Below, piece after piece: positions 51,773-63,649 of a DNA stretch of 64,000 bases. How positions within the stretch are numbered: position 1 is the stretch's first letter; every line of letters starts with the position of its first letter. The notes beneath the pieces are model-generated. The model searched no databases, had not been told where the DNA came from, and saw only the letters and a program-made list of their open reading frames with translations. The DNA comes from Bugula neritina. Taxonomy: Eukaryota > Animalia > Bryozoa. The position numbers and the translations under genes were made by a program. The stretch spans positions 10,848,818 through 10,912,817 of the forward strand of contig OZ037772.1 of the NCBI GenBank assembly GCA_964035545.1, written 5' to 3'.

Positions 51773-51907
51773 ATTGCAGTAACTGAGAAATTAGGAAAAG
51801 CCTGTGCTCTAGTTTAGAAATGTAGTGCAAAGGTTATGTTTTCCTAGTCTAAACACAACAAAATTGACGAACTTAGGCTAGTATAATTTCTCCCCTACAG
51901 CACTTAA
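51773..51907 (+). mobile_element. MITE family A copy
   Basis: tgcagtaactgagaaattaggaaaagcctgtgctctag ... aatttctcccctacagcactta. Confidence 0.7.
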
Positions 51908-52239
51908 ATAGCATCCTAGCTAGTAAAATATTGCAAAAGTTTAGATATTTATGTTTCACATCTTATAATAATCAGCAACTTTAACTCTGTATTTAAATTT
52001 CTTTGAATCTATATTTCTTTGTTTGAAAAGTGGGTTTGAACAAAGAGTTGGGGAAATATAAAGCTAAGTTTGGCAACCACATAGGAGTGTTTAGCACCAG
52101 CATAATATTGTCAAAGAGTTAGTATGTTGACCAAACATCTAGTGGTATTCTTTCTATGTGAATAGTCACTGGTATCAGTTGACCATGGCTCCTAGTAGTA
52201 ATTTGTGTTACATGATGTGCTCTGTGTAGTATAGGCTGT

Positions 52240-52586
52240 AGAGTGTATACAGTGTGTAGTATACATTGTATACAGTGTGTAGTATACATTGTATACAGTG
52301 TGTAGTATACATTGTATACAGTGTGTAGTATACATTGTATACAGTGTGTAGTATACATTGTATACAGTGTGTAGTATATATTGTATACAGTGTGTAGTAT
52401 ACATTGTACACAGTGTGTAGTATACATTGTACACAGTGTGTAGTATATATTGTATACAGTGTGTAGTATATATTGTATACAGTGTGTAGTATATATTGTA
52501 TACAGTGTGTAGTATATATTGTATACAGTGTGTAGTATACATTGTATACAGTGTGTAGTATACATTGTATACAGTGTGTAGTATAC
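52240..52586. repeat. 23-bp minisatellite (cagtgtgtagtatacattgtata) x~14
   Basis: Near-perfect tandem array. Confidence 0.97.
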
Positions 52587-52591
52587 CATTT

Positions 52592-52727
52592 ATAGGAGCA
52601 GTATATATAGTGGAGATAGCCAAAATTCTTTAATTTTATTATTAAATTTTGGTTGTTAAAATTCTTGTGAGAACATGCTACATTTCTAATCTAGAACACA
52701 GGCTTTTCTCAATTTCTCCATTACTGT
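52592..52727 (-). mobile_element. MITE family A copy
   Basis: taggagcagta...ctagaacacaggcttttctcaatttctccattactg. Confidence 0.7.
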
Positions 52728-53985
52728 AATATAACAGTTTACTGTGTGATTTATGCAGGGCAAGTGTGTATAATATAAATATAAATATTATATTATCAAT
52801 TATAAAACAGAACTCATTTAACAGGTAGAAAATGCTTGACCTAAAATTGTTAGCCTCCATCAATATTTCCAAATGACAAGCTAAGCCAAGAGCAATAAAA
52901 TGATAGCACTGCAGGTCACAACGACTTGCCTGCTGCTGTGAATGACAGTCTAATAATAGTAGTTTTCACCTATAGCCACTTAGCATCTCTTATTATAAGG
53001 TATGCTATAAATTTATTGTGGAAATTGACACCCTGGGACGTGTATACAAGTCAAAACTAACTATTAAATTATATTATAACTATACTACTGCATCCTCAGT
53101 GTACACAGTAAACAAGTATTAGCTAATCAACCAGCTGTCTCGGCTATAATTAATTTGGTGCCTAATAATTGGCCTTAGCTACTTTTATGAAGATAAATTA
53201 AGATAAATTCATATAATTTAGCCTACGTGTACTGGTAAAATGATATATTCATGAATTTTAACTTACACCTAAGCTAAGCTGCAGCTGCTGGTTTAACATC
53301 TGTGAGTGGGGTGGAGATGGGAAAACCCGAAAAGCCTGTGTTCCAGACGAGATATGTAGCAAAAGGTCACTAGAATTAAAAAAACTTAGTCTAGCCCTTC
53401 TATTGCTTTTCTAGGAGAAGTAATAGCTGAAGAAAAGCATTTGAACATTAAATGACAACAGAAACTATAATAAAGCATAGCTCACTGCTTAATATGCACA
53501 TAGTAATAACAAAAGCAAATCTATTTCAAAATTTCATAGCCTTATTTCTTAGATTTGTTAGCCTGTTGTCCAACTTACTGTAGCAGTTGATGAATAAACC
53601 TTCCAACACTGATACCAGCTTACTATGTCAACATGTTTACCAGTTAACATTCTTCAAGTACCTCTAGTTTTGTCAGAGTTCAAACTATCAGTTAGTAGCT
53701 GTGAAAGCAAACAACTCAGTGATATGAGTCACCATACGGCAGATAAAGTAGTTCAAAGGGAAATATAATTTTAGTTCTCAACTAACCCATCCCCTTGTTA
53801 TAAATAGTAGTTGGGTTGGCCACAATAGAAAACAAGCCCTTAGCCCAATAAAAAACTCTTTTCATCATGGCTTTTTACAGGGATGATGGCTATTTTATTT
53901 GTTTGCTAGGAAACATTATGTTTGTATAATGGGTATGTTGGCATTAGATAGGATATAGCTGTTTGGATCACTCAACTAACATATA

Positions 53986-54194
53986 ACTCACGCAAGTTTA
54001 TAGTTGCTATCCCTGTGAAAAACCCTTGGTAGAAAGGGTTTTTGTTAAAACGGGCCAAGGACCTATTTTAAATGAGGCACATGAGCAATTATGACTGGGT
54101 GCTCTTCCTAACATCACCAATGGCCTTTGTCTGGGCTCATGCAAACCCATGACCTTGTGCTTACTAGGCAACTCCTAGACCACGGCTGCTCCCT
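53986..54194 (-). mobile_element. tRNA-derived SINE, full length
   Basis: Reverse complement of the 10770 copy; flanks aactaacatat / aattaacatat resemble a TSD. A further 3' fragment lies in + orientation at ~53830-53895. Confidence 0.9.
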
Positions 54195-54915
54195 AACCCT
54201 AATTAACATATGCCTTGCATTATCTAATGTGAATAGAGTCTAAACTCTATATTAAGAGGGACTATGTTTCTTTCTTCTTTCCTTTCACCAGTGTCTTTGA
54301 TCTACAGGCGCTGACAGATAGAAAATATAGTAACTAGAAATGGCTAAACTAATAAATCATATAATTGTTATATTCAATAAGTTAGCCTTAGGCTATACAG
54401 GACAATAGCCAAATATGTTAATGATGTTTTCCCTAATTAGTCATGACTACATATTCCCACATTTATAAATGAATGAAGTTGCTGGGTACTCAACTATGAA
54501 TATAGCTTTTAGGACCACAGACGCTGTAACATGAAACTTTTCTTAGTTTGATAAAAAAGTGGCATTGGAGTTCTTAAATGTCTAATTAGATTATGAACAT
54601 TAAACTGTTATGCTAATGCAATTACTAGAGGTTTATACCAGCAAAATCTACCTTCAAGAATAGGAATGATTCCACAGTAACTTGGCATTGTAGAACATGT
54701 TAAAGATAGGTTTTCCAAGGTCAAGGCCAACTATTATCTAATATCAAACTTTCAAGTCATCTCATCGAAATAAAAATCTTATATTATTGCAATTAATTTA
54801 CAAATTGTTGGCATATTTTACCCCTATAAGAAAACTATATACAAACAAATATAAAATCAAAATTCAGCATTTACACATAATATATACAGTCTAACTTTTA
54901 GCACAATAAATTAAA

Positions 54916-57900
54916 TTAGAAGAAATCGGAAGCTTTGGCCTTCTTTTTAGAAGACAAATCTAACAAGTTTGAAGTCAAGTTATCAATATTTGAAGGGTTA
55001 GTTGAGCTCATAGCCTTAGGAGTTTGGGTGGAGGGAGTAGCGTCCCGCTTTCTGCTGTGAGATGGTGTCCTGGAGAAGGTGGCAGGAGTGTGCAGGGGTG
55101 AGGGGGTGTAACTCGCTCTCAGTGCTCTGTCTAAAACATATACACATCTCTCTCAGCTCTACACAGACTGCTCGTGTAAAATACCCACTATCCCTGTGAG
55201 AAACCCTGATGGGAAGAGATAGATGCAGTAATGAAGAAATTGAGAAAAGCCTGTGTTCTAGTTTGAAAATGTAGCAAAAGAAGTTATGTTCTCTAGAGAA
55301 TTTCAACTTTGTTAATAAAATTAAAAAACTTAAGCTATCTCAATTTCTCCACTACTGCTCCTAAATGGATGGAATGGGGTATTTTAAAACCGGCTAAGGA
55401 CAATTATTCATATGAAGCACAGCAGCAATTATGACTGGATGCTCTTCCTAACATCACCAATGGCCTTATAGTCGGGTTTACTAGGCAAACGCTCTAACCC
55501 CTAGACCACGGCTGCTCCCTACACAAACTTCTGCTTGAGGCTAAATTAAATATTCCTTTGCGTTTCATAGCTGGATGAAAGGGTAAAAATACACAGGAAA
55601 TATAACATGAAATGACATGTCTGCAATGCCACCTCAGAGCACAGATATTATACAAAATAATTCAGTATATTTTTAGAAGAAATGCACGGCTTGCCAGTTT
55701 AACCACAACTTTGGCAAAATATAGTCATAGCAACTAAGCAGCATTAATTAGTTCAAGTGATGGAATTACCAAACCACACAATAGATTCCAGCAGGTGTAG
55801 GACAGAGATAAATCAGGTGTTAAACACTTCCTAAGATAAGATATAATACTGGTTAGTAAAAGGTTCAAAACCACTTTTTATCGGCAAAAAGGGGAGTGGG
55901 GCTAATTAAAGGGAGATCAAAATGATAAGAGTCATCAAAACATAAAATGTCCTTTAGGCTAGTGAACTATCAGTGACTTTAGCCTGTCACTTCAGAATTT
56001 GATATCATAATTTGTTGTACATAATATACACTACAGTACTGTATATACTACACAGTATACACTACAGTTCTGTATATACTACACAGTACACACTACAGTT
56101 CTGTATATACTACACAGTATACACTATAGTACTGTATATAATACACAGTATACACTACAGCATTGTATATACTACACAGTATACACTACAGTACAGTATA
56201 TACTACACAGTATACACTACAGTATTGTATATACTACACAGTATACACTACAGTATTGTATATACTACACAGTACACACTACAGTACTGTATATACTACA
56301 CAGTATACACTACAGTACAGTATATACTACACAGTATACACTACAGTACAGTATATACTACACAGTATACACTACAGTACAGTATATACTACACAGTATA
56401 CACTACAGTATTGTATATACTACACAGTATACACTACAGTATTGTATATACTACACAGTACACACTACAGTACTGTATATACTACATAGTATACACTACA
56501 GTATGCACTACATTACAGATGAACAACCAGACAGACAGAAGCTCACCTGTGGTGATGGTGATTCCTCGGGTTTCGGCTAACTTCCTTGCGGCTGGAGAGA
56601 GAGTAGCCAGTCTTTCCGACTTTGACATTCCAGCAGGACTGAAAAACAGCAAACTAACTCTCAGTCTACCATACAAACTAACTCTCAGTCTACCATACAA
56701 ACTAACTCTTAGTCTATCATACAAACTAACTCTCAGTCTACCATACAAACTAACTCTCAGTCTATCATACAAACTAACTCTCAGTCTACCAGCAGAAGTT
56801 AGACTGCCATACCATGGAAGGGCTACGGTTTCATTCTACTGACAACGTCCTCACGGCAGCACTCAATTTCGAACACACCCTGCAAAGAATCTCTTCTGAA
56901 GAGGCAGCCATTGAATACCACAACTCAATCTGCTAGTTAATAGGCAACGCTGACAGGAAATACAGAGTAGGTTGGTGAAAGCGAGTAACCACTGTGTGTG
57001 CATCAGAACAAGTACCTTGCTAATTGACTTCTCATCTTCTCTACGGCCTGGTTTTTCTTATCCCGATGTTGTTTGGCCACTTTCTCTGCCAGTTTCCGGC
57101 CTATTCTATCTCGAACTGGTTCGTCTTTCAACTGAAAGAAACCGTTACATTAGATTGGCTACTAGGTTATCGTATATCTTATTAGTTAGTACCGTGTATA
57201 TATAATTAATTAGCATTGTATATCTTATTAGTTGGTATCACACATTCTTGTGGCACATTAAACACCAGTGAGTTGAATATCATGAACTTTTATTTTGCTC
57301 TTTGAAGATAACATAACACCCAGAATGAGATATACAATCATTTATACGGATATCATATAATAAAGTTATATAAAACGCTGAGAGATAGGAAAATTAATGC
57401 ACCTTGAACGTAGGGCCAGGGGTGGCTGGTTTAAGGGGGCGATCACTGGCGTCTAGCAGAAAGGGGGTTCCTTCAATCTCACCCCAAGTCATCATAGGGG
57501 ATTCCCCTAGGGCACCAGGGTTGGGGGTAGGAGTGGATACAAACCCATATCCCCTGACACTAGGGGTGGAGGGCCCTAGTTCCTTGCCATCTACATCCAC
57601 TCTGCCTGAAATTACATAAGTAAATAATAATATAGTACTAAGAGTATAATAACATATTACTAACAGTATAATAATATATAACTAACGGTATAATAATATA
57701 TTACTAACAGTATAATAATATATTACTAACAGTATAATGATATATTACTAACAGTATAATAATATATTACTAACAGTATGTATAATAATATATTACTAAT
57801 ATTATAATAATATATTACTAACAGTATAATTATATATTACTAACAGCAGAATAATATATTACTAACAGTATAAAAATATATTACTAACAATAAAATAATA

Positions 57901-59066
57901 TATTACTAACAATATAATAATATACTACTAACAGCAGAATAATATATTACTAACAGTATAAAAATATATTACTAACAGCAGAATAATATTATATTATAAT
58001 CTGTAATGTTATGTAGTGTGAGAGGATTAGAGAATACAGGATGTCACTATAAAATAATTTATTTAATGCAAATTACTTCCACTTGAACATGTCATTATAT
58101 GTTAGCCTCCCATTTGTCTATACACTATAAGTTATGGAATAAAGTAACAGAAATGATAAATGACTTGTTTCAAAATACGAAGTAAGTCACCTAAACATAA
58201 AATCCCAGTGTGACAGTAACAAGTAAATCATAGCACATTGTCACATTTAATTCTTTTCAAACAATATTTTTATTTGATTTTCGTACAAATCTAGCACTAA
58301 AACACAAATTTTATGTCTTAAAAAGTGTTACAATGTAGAGTAGGGGGGGGGGGGGGGGGGTTGCATCTTACTCGCATAATTCAATACATAATTGTAAGTT
58401 CTAAAACTAGTTTGAAATCTAATAAAGTATACAGAGTTGTATTCTCACTGCCTCATCGGCAGCTTGGTAACTGATAGGTATCAAGTGGCAGCACCAGAAA
58501 AATGAACAGGCAGAAAAAAAAATTTCGCTGTTCTTTTTTTTTCAAGACTTGGTGCAAAAAATGGCAATACTTGTATTGTAAACAAGTGGCAAGGAGAACT
58601 AGTATATGGAGGAACATATGCACTGAGGATACTGTGTACCGGCGGTGAGACGCACAAGTAGAAAAAGAAGCGATATGAGAGCAAAAAGAGAGTCTGACAA
58701 AGAGACAAAATAAAACATAACCACACAATCTGTAAGGTACTTTATATTCTACTAAACAATATTAAAAGAGAAGACAACTACTACCAGAAGTTAACCAAGT
58801 TTTAAATCAACTTATAAAATCAATTTGGTATTTGATGGGTACATGTTTTGATATAACTCTGTGCCAACAACTCCAATTGAGATACAGTACATGACACAAC
58901 AACCAAATACCTAGTTTATTTTACAGCCAAAGCAGAGCTTACACTGGAAACTATTTACAGAGGTTTGAGATTCCCACTTAGGTGCAGTAGTGGAGAAATC
59001 TTAATAGCCTCAGTTCTTTAGTTTTCTCGATAAGTTTTAATAATGCTGCTGCTGCTACTGCTACTG

Positions 59067-59099
<33 letters not shown>

Positions 59100-59175
59100 G
59101 TACTACTGCTACTAGTACTACTACTACTACTGCTACTGCTACTGCTACTACTACTACTACTACTACTGCTACTAG

Positions 59176-59232
<57 letters not shown>

Positions 59233-59258
59233 CACTACCACTACCACTACTACTACTG

Positions 59259-59329
<71 letters not shown>

Positions 59330-59333
59330 GCTG

Positions 59334-59372
<39 letters not shown>

Positions 59373-62300
59373 GTACTACTACCACTACCACTACTACTAC
59401 TACTACTGCTACTACTACTACTACTACTGCTACTGCTACTACTACTGCTATTACTGCCACTACTAATACTACTACTATTGTTACTATTACTACTACACAC
59501 ATTTCACTAGAAGGTACATACATGGTGAGATAACTCCTAATAAACACTTGCAGGGCAGTATGACATTTGGTTAACACAGTATAATCCGCACATGTATGAG
59601 CACATCTATACATATTACACAACAAGGCACTGCTAGGAACAGGTAGACTGTACACTCACCTGGAACTCCTCTGTGCTGCCTGTATATCGGCACAGGGGTG
59701 GATGTAGGCAGCGCCGGCTCCTTGAAGGGGTTCTCAGTGAAGCGTGTAGCAGTCGAGTTGATTTCTTTCACTTTACTTGCCAGCTCTATCTTCTCTTCTG
59801 CCGTGAGTTCCGCCCCTTCTACATTGTACCTACACAGTAGTATATCTAGCTGTACCTACACAGTAGTATACCTATCTGTACCTACACAGTAGTATACCTA
59901 TCTGTACCTACACAGTAGTATATCTAGCTGTACCTACACAGTAGTATACCTATCTGTACCTACACAGTAGTATACCTATCTGTACCTACACAGTAGTATA
60001 TCTAGCTGTACCTACACAGTAGTATACCTATCTGTACCTACACAGTAGTATATCTAGCTGTACCTACACAGTAGTATATCTAGCTGTACCTACACAGTAG
60101 TATACCTAGCTGTACATACACAGTAACATACCTAGCTGTACCTACACAGTAGTATATCTAGCTGTACCTACACAGTAGTATATCTAGCTGTACCTACACA
60201 GTAGTATACCTAGCTGTACCTACACAGTAACAAATCTATCTTACATCAAGGCGTTAGCTGGAGTGTAGGTCCAAGTCTCAAGCTTAGTTGGGTTTCCTTC
60301 CAGAGCAGCTTGTTCTTCGGCTGAAGGCAGCGCCAGATGTTTGTCAGCGAGCTAAATATAGCCAACAGGGTGATAAGTCAGCATGACTCATACACTGTAT
60401 ATGATGACTCATACATAGCATATAATGACTCATACGTAGTATATAGAATTACAAGGTAGTATAAAAGTAAAAAATTGTATTTTTTCCTCAAAGGAAAAAC
60501 ACTTTTTTAAACAATGGTTCGAATAATTCAGGTGACAGGTAGAGGTGACTTTTAAAGTTATTAGAAATTGCAGCTTCTTGGTTAAATTTACACTAGAATA
60601 TACAATAACATAGCAGAATATACTAGATTTTAGAACATACAGTAATACATTGAGAAGTATTACATAATTAAGGAGGAGAAACCCTAGAATCAATTCAAAT
60701 ATTAGATCGTTTTCAATATGCAAAAAAGTAGACCATAGGAAATAAATAATATTTGATGGTGTATTTCCCCACATCACTTTGGTGTTAATCCAACAATAGA
60801 TTAAACTAAGAAGCCGTAGCCTGTGAACACACTAGCCTATGTCTCTTACCTCTTTTTGCTCCCCCTCCTTAACGTAAAGCCACGCCTGCTTTTCCTTCCT
60901 CTTCCTCTCGTGCTCCTCCATCAGATCAACAAACGCCTCGTTGTCTTCACTTGTGTGGGAGGAGAGAAACTTGTCTAGTCGCAGCTCCGTGTTTGTAGTT
61001 ACTTTCTCTTCTGCACATACAACAGTTCCATTTACAGTAAATATATTTGAGCACGTAACAGTAAGTACATACAGAAACATCATGAAATTGTATTAAAGTA
61101 AGTACATATAAGTACATTGCAATACATTATGAGTAATTAGCAGTGAGTTTCATGTAAATACATTATGTAAGTACATGACAATAAGTATATCCTAGTAAGT
61201 GCATGTAAGTACACAACAGTAAGTATATTGAAGCTTCATGTACATTATATTACATATAAAAACAATTTAATTTCAACTTATCAACAATTTATAAACTGTT
61301 TTTTCAACTAAAAAGCAGTAGTAACTAGACAAACGACAGACTTGACTCCCTGAGCTATGTCAGCAGCTTGAGTCAGCTGCAATGAGTCACACATACCGCT
61401 GTCCTTTGAGCTCTCCTTCGCTGTGTCCTTTGCCATCTTTTCCGTACCAGAGGAGGGAGTTTTCACTCCGGGAGTATCAAAGCTGGCGGGGGTAGTGTCT
61501 ACATAAACACAGATGCCGTATTCTCATACACTGAAATTACTGCGAAACCAATCGTATGTTGCCTTTTATAAGTAAAAGAAACTGTGATTGGCTAAGCTAC
61601 GCATGGAAAGACAGAGAGTTTATTAAAGATATTAAAAGACTATAACTATGGCTTGACACCCATCTCAAGGTGCTTGCTATACAGTGACACATTGCAACAA
61701 GTGAAAGCAGTGAGCCACCAGCCAGTAAATAAATAATAACAACTGCAGAACAACGACAAAATGTATAAAAATGTGAGTAACAATACAGTTAACTGTAAGT
61801 GTAAACTTAACAATGTAATAAACAACCACTGAAATGAGGTGAAGCCTAAGATAAAACAGCAAAAACGTTTTAAATTATGTTTTGCAGCAGCCAAACACAC
61901 TTATTTCCTACTTACAGCTACTTGGTGTAAAAAAAGACAATTGCAACTCATAAACAGAAGGACACAACTCCAAATCTACCTTATCACAGTAGTTACAAGA
62001 TCATGATAGTGTTAATCCGAAGTTAGACTAATAAATTCCGTGTATCTCCTTTTTACACTCGCCGCATATACTATCCTTGAAGTTATGCGTAATTTAAAAC
62101 TCCATCACAACGATATCTACTTCATAATTATAAGTTTAGTATTGGAGGTTCGTGACACAAACTCACAGAGATCTGTGGCTGATGGATCCTGCCTTCTGGA
62201 GCCAGTAGCACTAGCCTTAGGTCCATACTTGATGTGAAGCTCCCTCAACTTCTCCCTATCATTCTTAGCCTTGGCTTCTAGGTACTCGCTCTGCGCTCTA

Positions 62301-62987
62301 AGCTTGGGTAACTCGGGGTAGAAATCTCTTTCTATGATTTTGGTGATACTCTACACAACACAATAACATAGTTGTTATGGCAACCAAACAACATGGCCAC
62401 GCGTAATGTACCAAAACTGATGCTTAGTCCTAGAGCTTTAGATTGCAGGTAACTTAAAATAAGTCAACACCGCAAGTAAATATTGCTTAGCGTGATGGTA
62501 TTTATAATTTTACACTTTAGACAACTAGTTTTAATTTTAGAAATAAATAAGCAGTCTAAGTAAAAAACACACAGTTGACATCCTTATATAAAATAAAAAT
62601 AGCAAGAATACTAATGATTGGCATGTTTGAAGCTGGATAAGAGTTCTACAATTGAATTTATTACAAGAAGCAACTGATGTATAGGTGATAAAATAAAACA
62701 TTACTGTTTCCCAGAATAAAACACAGATGCTTTGTGTGACATATTTATTGTAAAATATTATTGGGTGTTAATCCTTAATAAAAATGTATTATTGGGTGCT
62801 GAGCAACATCCTTATATAAAAAGCTGTCTTCTCTGTAAATACACAAACCTACCTCTTCATATTCATCCTCTTCCAACACTTTCTTTTTTCTAGGCTTGGG
62901 TACTTTAAATTCATTAGATTTTATAGCAACAGTCTTAGTACTGTCATCTACAGGAACCAAGGCCGTCTGCTTATCAACAGCTGACAT
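54916..62987 (-). CDS. ESS2: Splicing factor ESS-2 homolog (DGCR14/ES2), ~494 aa, 10 exons
   Basis: Exons 62853-62987, 62167-62350, 61397-61498, 60850-61010, 60245-60351, 59660-59829, 57403-57605, 57016-57131, 56547-56638, 54916-55130 (1485 nt). Hallmarks: KKKVLEEDEY, IIERDFYPELPKLRAQSEYLEA, LDKFLSSHTSEDNEAF, TWTYTPANALMY, GYGFVSTPTPNPG..ESPMMTWGEIEGTPF, SPAARKL, DRALRASYTPSP, C-terminal NLLDL...KASDFF*. Confidence 0.97.
55170..55520 (-). mobile_element. tRNA-derived SINE interrupted by a family A MITE (55220-55363)
   Basis: SINE tail ctatccctgtgagaaaccctgatgg at ~55188-55212 and core/head at 55370-55520 flank a TIR element tagatgcagtaatgaagaaattgaga ... tctcaatttctccactactgctccta. TSD-like ctacacagactgct / ctacacaaacttct. 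Confidence 0.85.
56025..56510. repeat. 31-bp minisatellite (tacacagtatacactacagtattgtatatac) x~15
   Basis: Tandem array beginning ~35 nt from the ESS2 donor at 56546. Confidence 0.97.
56650..56792. repeat. 24-bp minisatellite (caaactaactctcagtctaccata) x~6
   Basis: Ends ~10 nt from the ESS2 acceptor at 56639. Confidence 0.95.
57628..57995. repeat. ~22-bp AT-rich minisatellite (tattactaacagtataataata)
   Basis: About 16 units adjoining the ESS2 acceptor at 57606. Confidence 0.95.
59044..59495. repeat. (CTA/CTG)n trinucleotide microsatellite
   Basis: Directly visible; source of the poly-L, poly-S and poly-V ORFs. Confidence 0.97.
59825..60232. repeat. 26-bp minisatellite (tgtacctacacagtagtatatctagc) x~15 filling ESS2 intron 59830-60244 and supplying its acceptor
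   Basis: On the - strand each unit reads ...ctactgtgtAG|GTaca; the last unit overlaps the exon start at 59829. Confidence 0.97.
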
Positions 62988-63649
62988 CACAGCAGCTCAC
63001 AGCATAGCCCAAGTTCTACTGAAAAATAATTGAGCCTGATTAGTTGGTACTGAAAGAGCTCTTTAAAGTTCGATAGTTGAATTATCATAATATTTTTCCA
63101 AGTCAATAATGGACAAACAAAATTTAAAATAAAGACAGTTTTCAATTTGATTGAATTCCAGTTTATCATCAGAAATGGTCAATAATGTGCAGGTATTGGC
63201 AAATTACAAACAGATACAAAGGCTAAAAATAAGCCAAATATATCCATGTGATTAGAACTTTACAATGCTTCTATTAGACTGGACTGTATCAACATAATTG
63301 CAGGACAAAAATCATTAAGGCTGTCTTTTAACTGGTGCATGTATAGTTTACTTGACAGGCCTACATATAACATTAGACTTAATTTTCCTATATGAGTTTT
63401 TCTTGTAATATTAATATGGGTCTCATAAAATAGAGTGTACTATAACGGATATCTCATCTGACATTACAAGTTACTGTAAGTCAATTTGTTGAGTCAAAGT
63501 GATTTATTATTAACAATTATGGCATTTAGTTTTTCTGATGTGCAAAAACATAATGATGACACAAGTCCTAGCTAAATAACACCTAATAAATGTAAATGAG
63601 TTTGGTTTATCACAAAGTGAGTCACTGTCATTTAATTCTTATCCTATGG

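Noticed and set aside
56012-56842. 276-aa Tyr/Thr-rich ORF on + strand
   Set aside because: Made of two minisatellites plus the antisense of an ESS2 exon.
57040-57065. Apparent frameshift in an ESS2 exon
   Set aside because: Recounting the A5 run gives an intact frame (RDKKNQAVEKMRSQLA) consistent with the family.
58978-59655. Poly-Val, poly-Ser and poly-Leu ORFs (also 51028-51455)
   Set aside because: Trinucleotide microsatellites.
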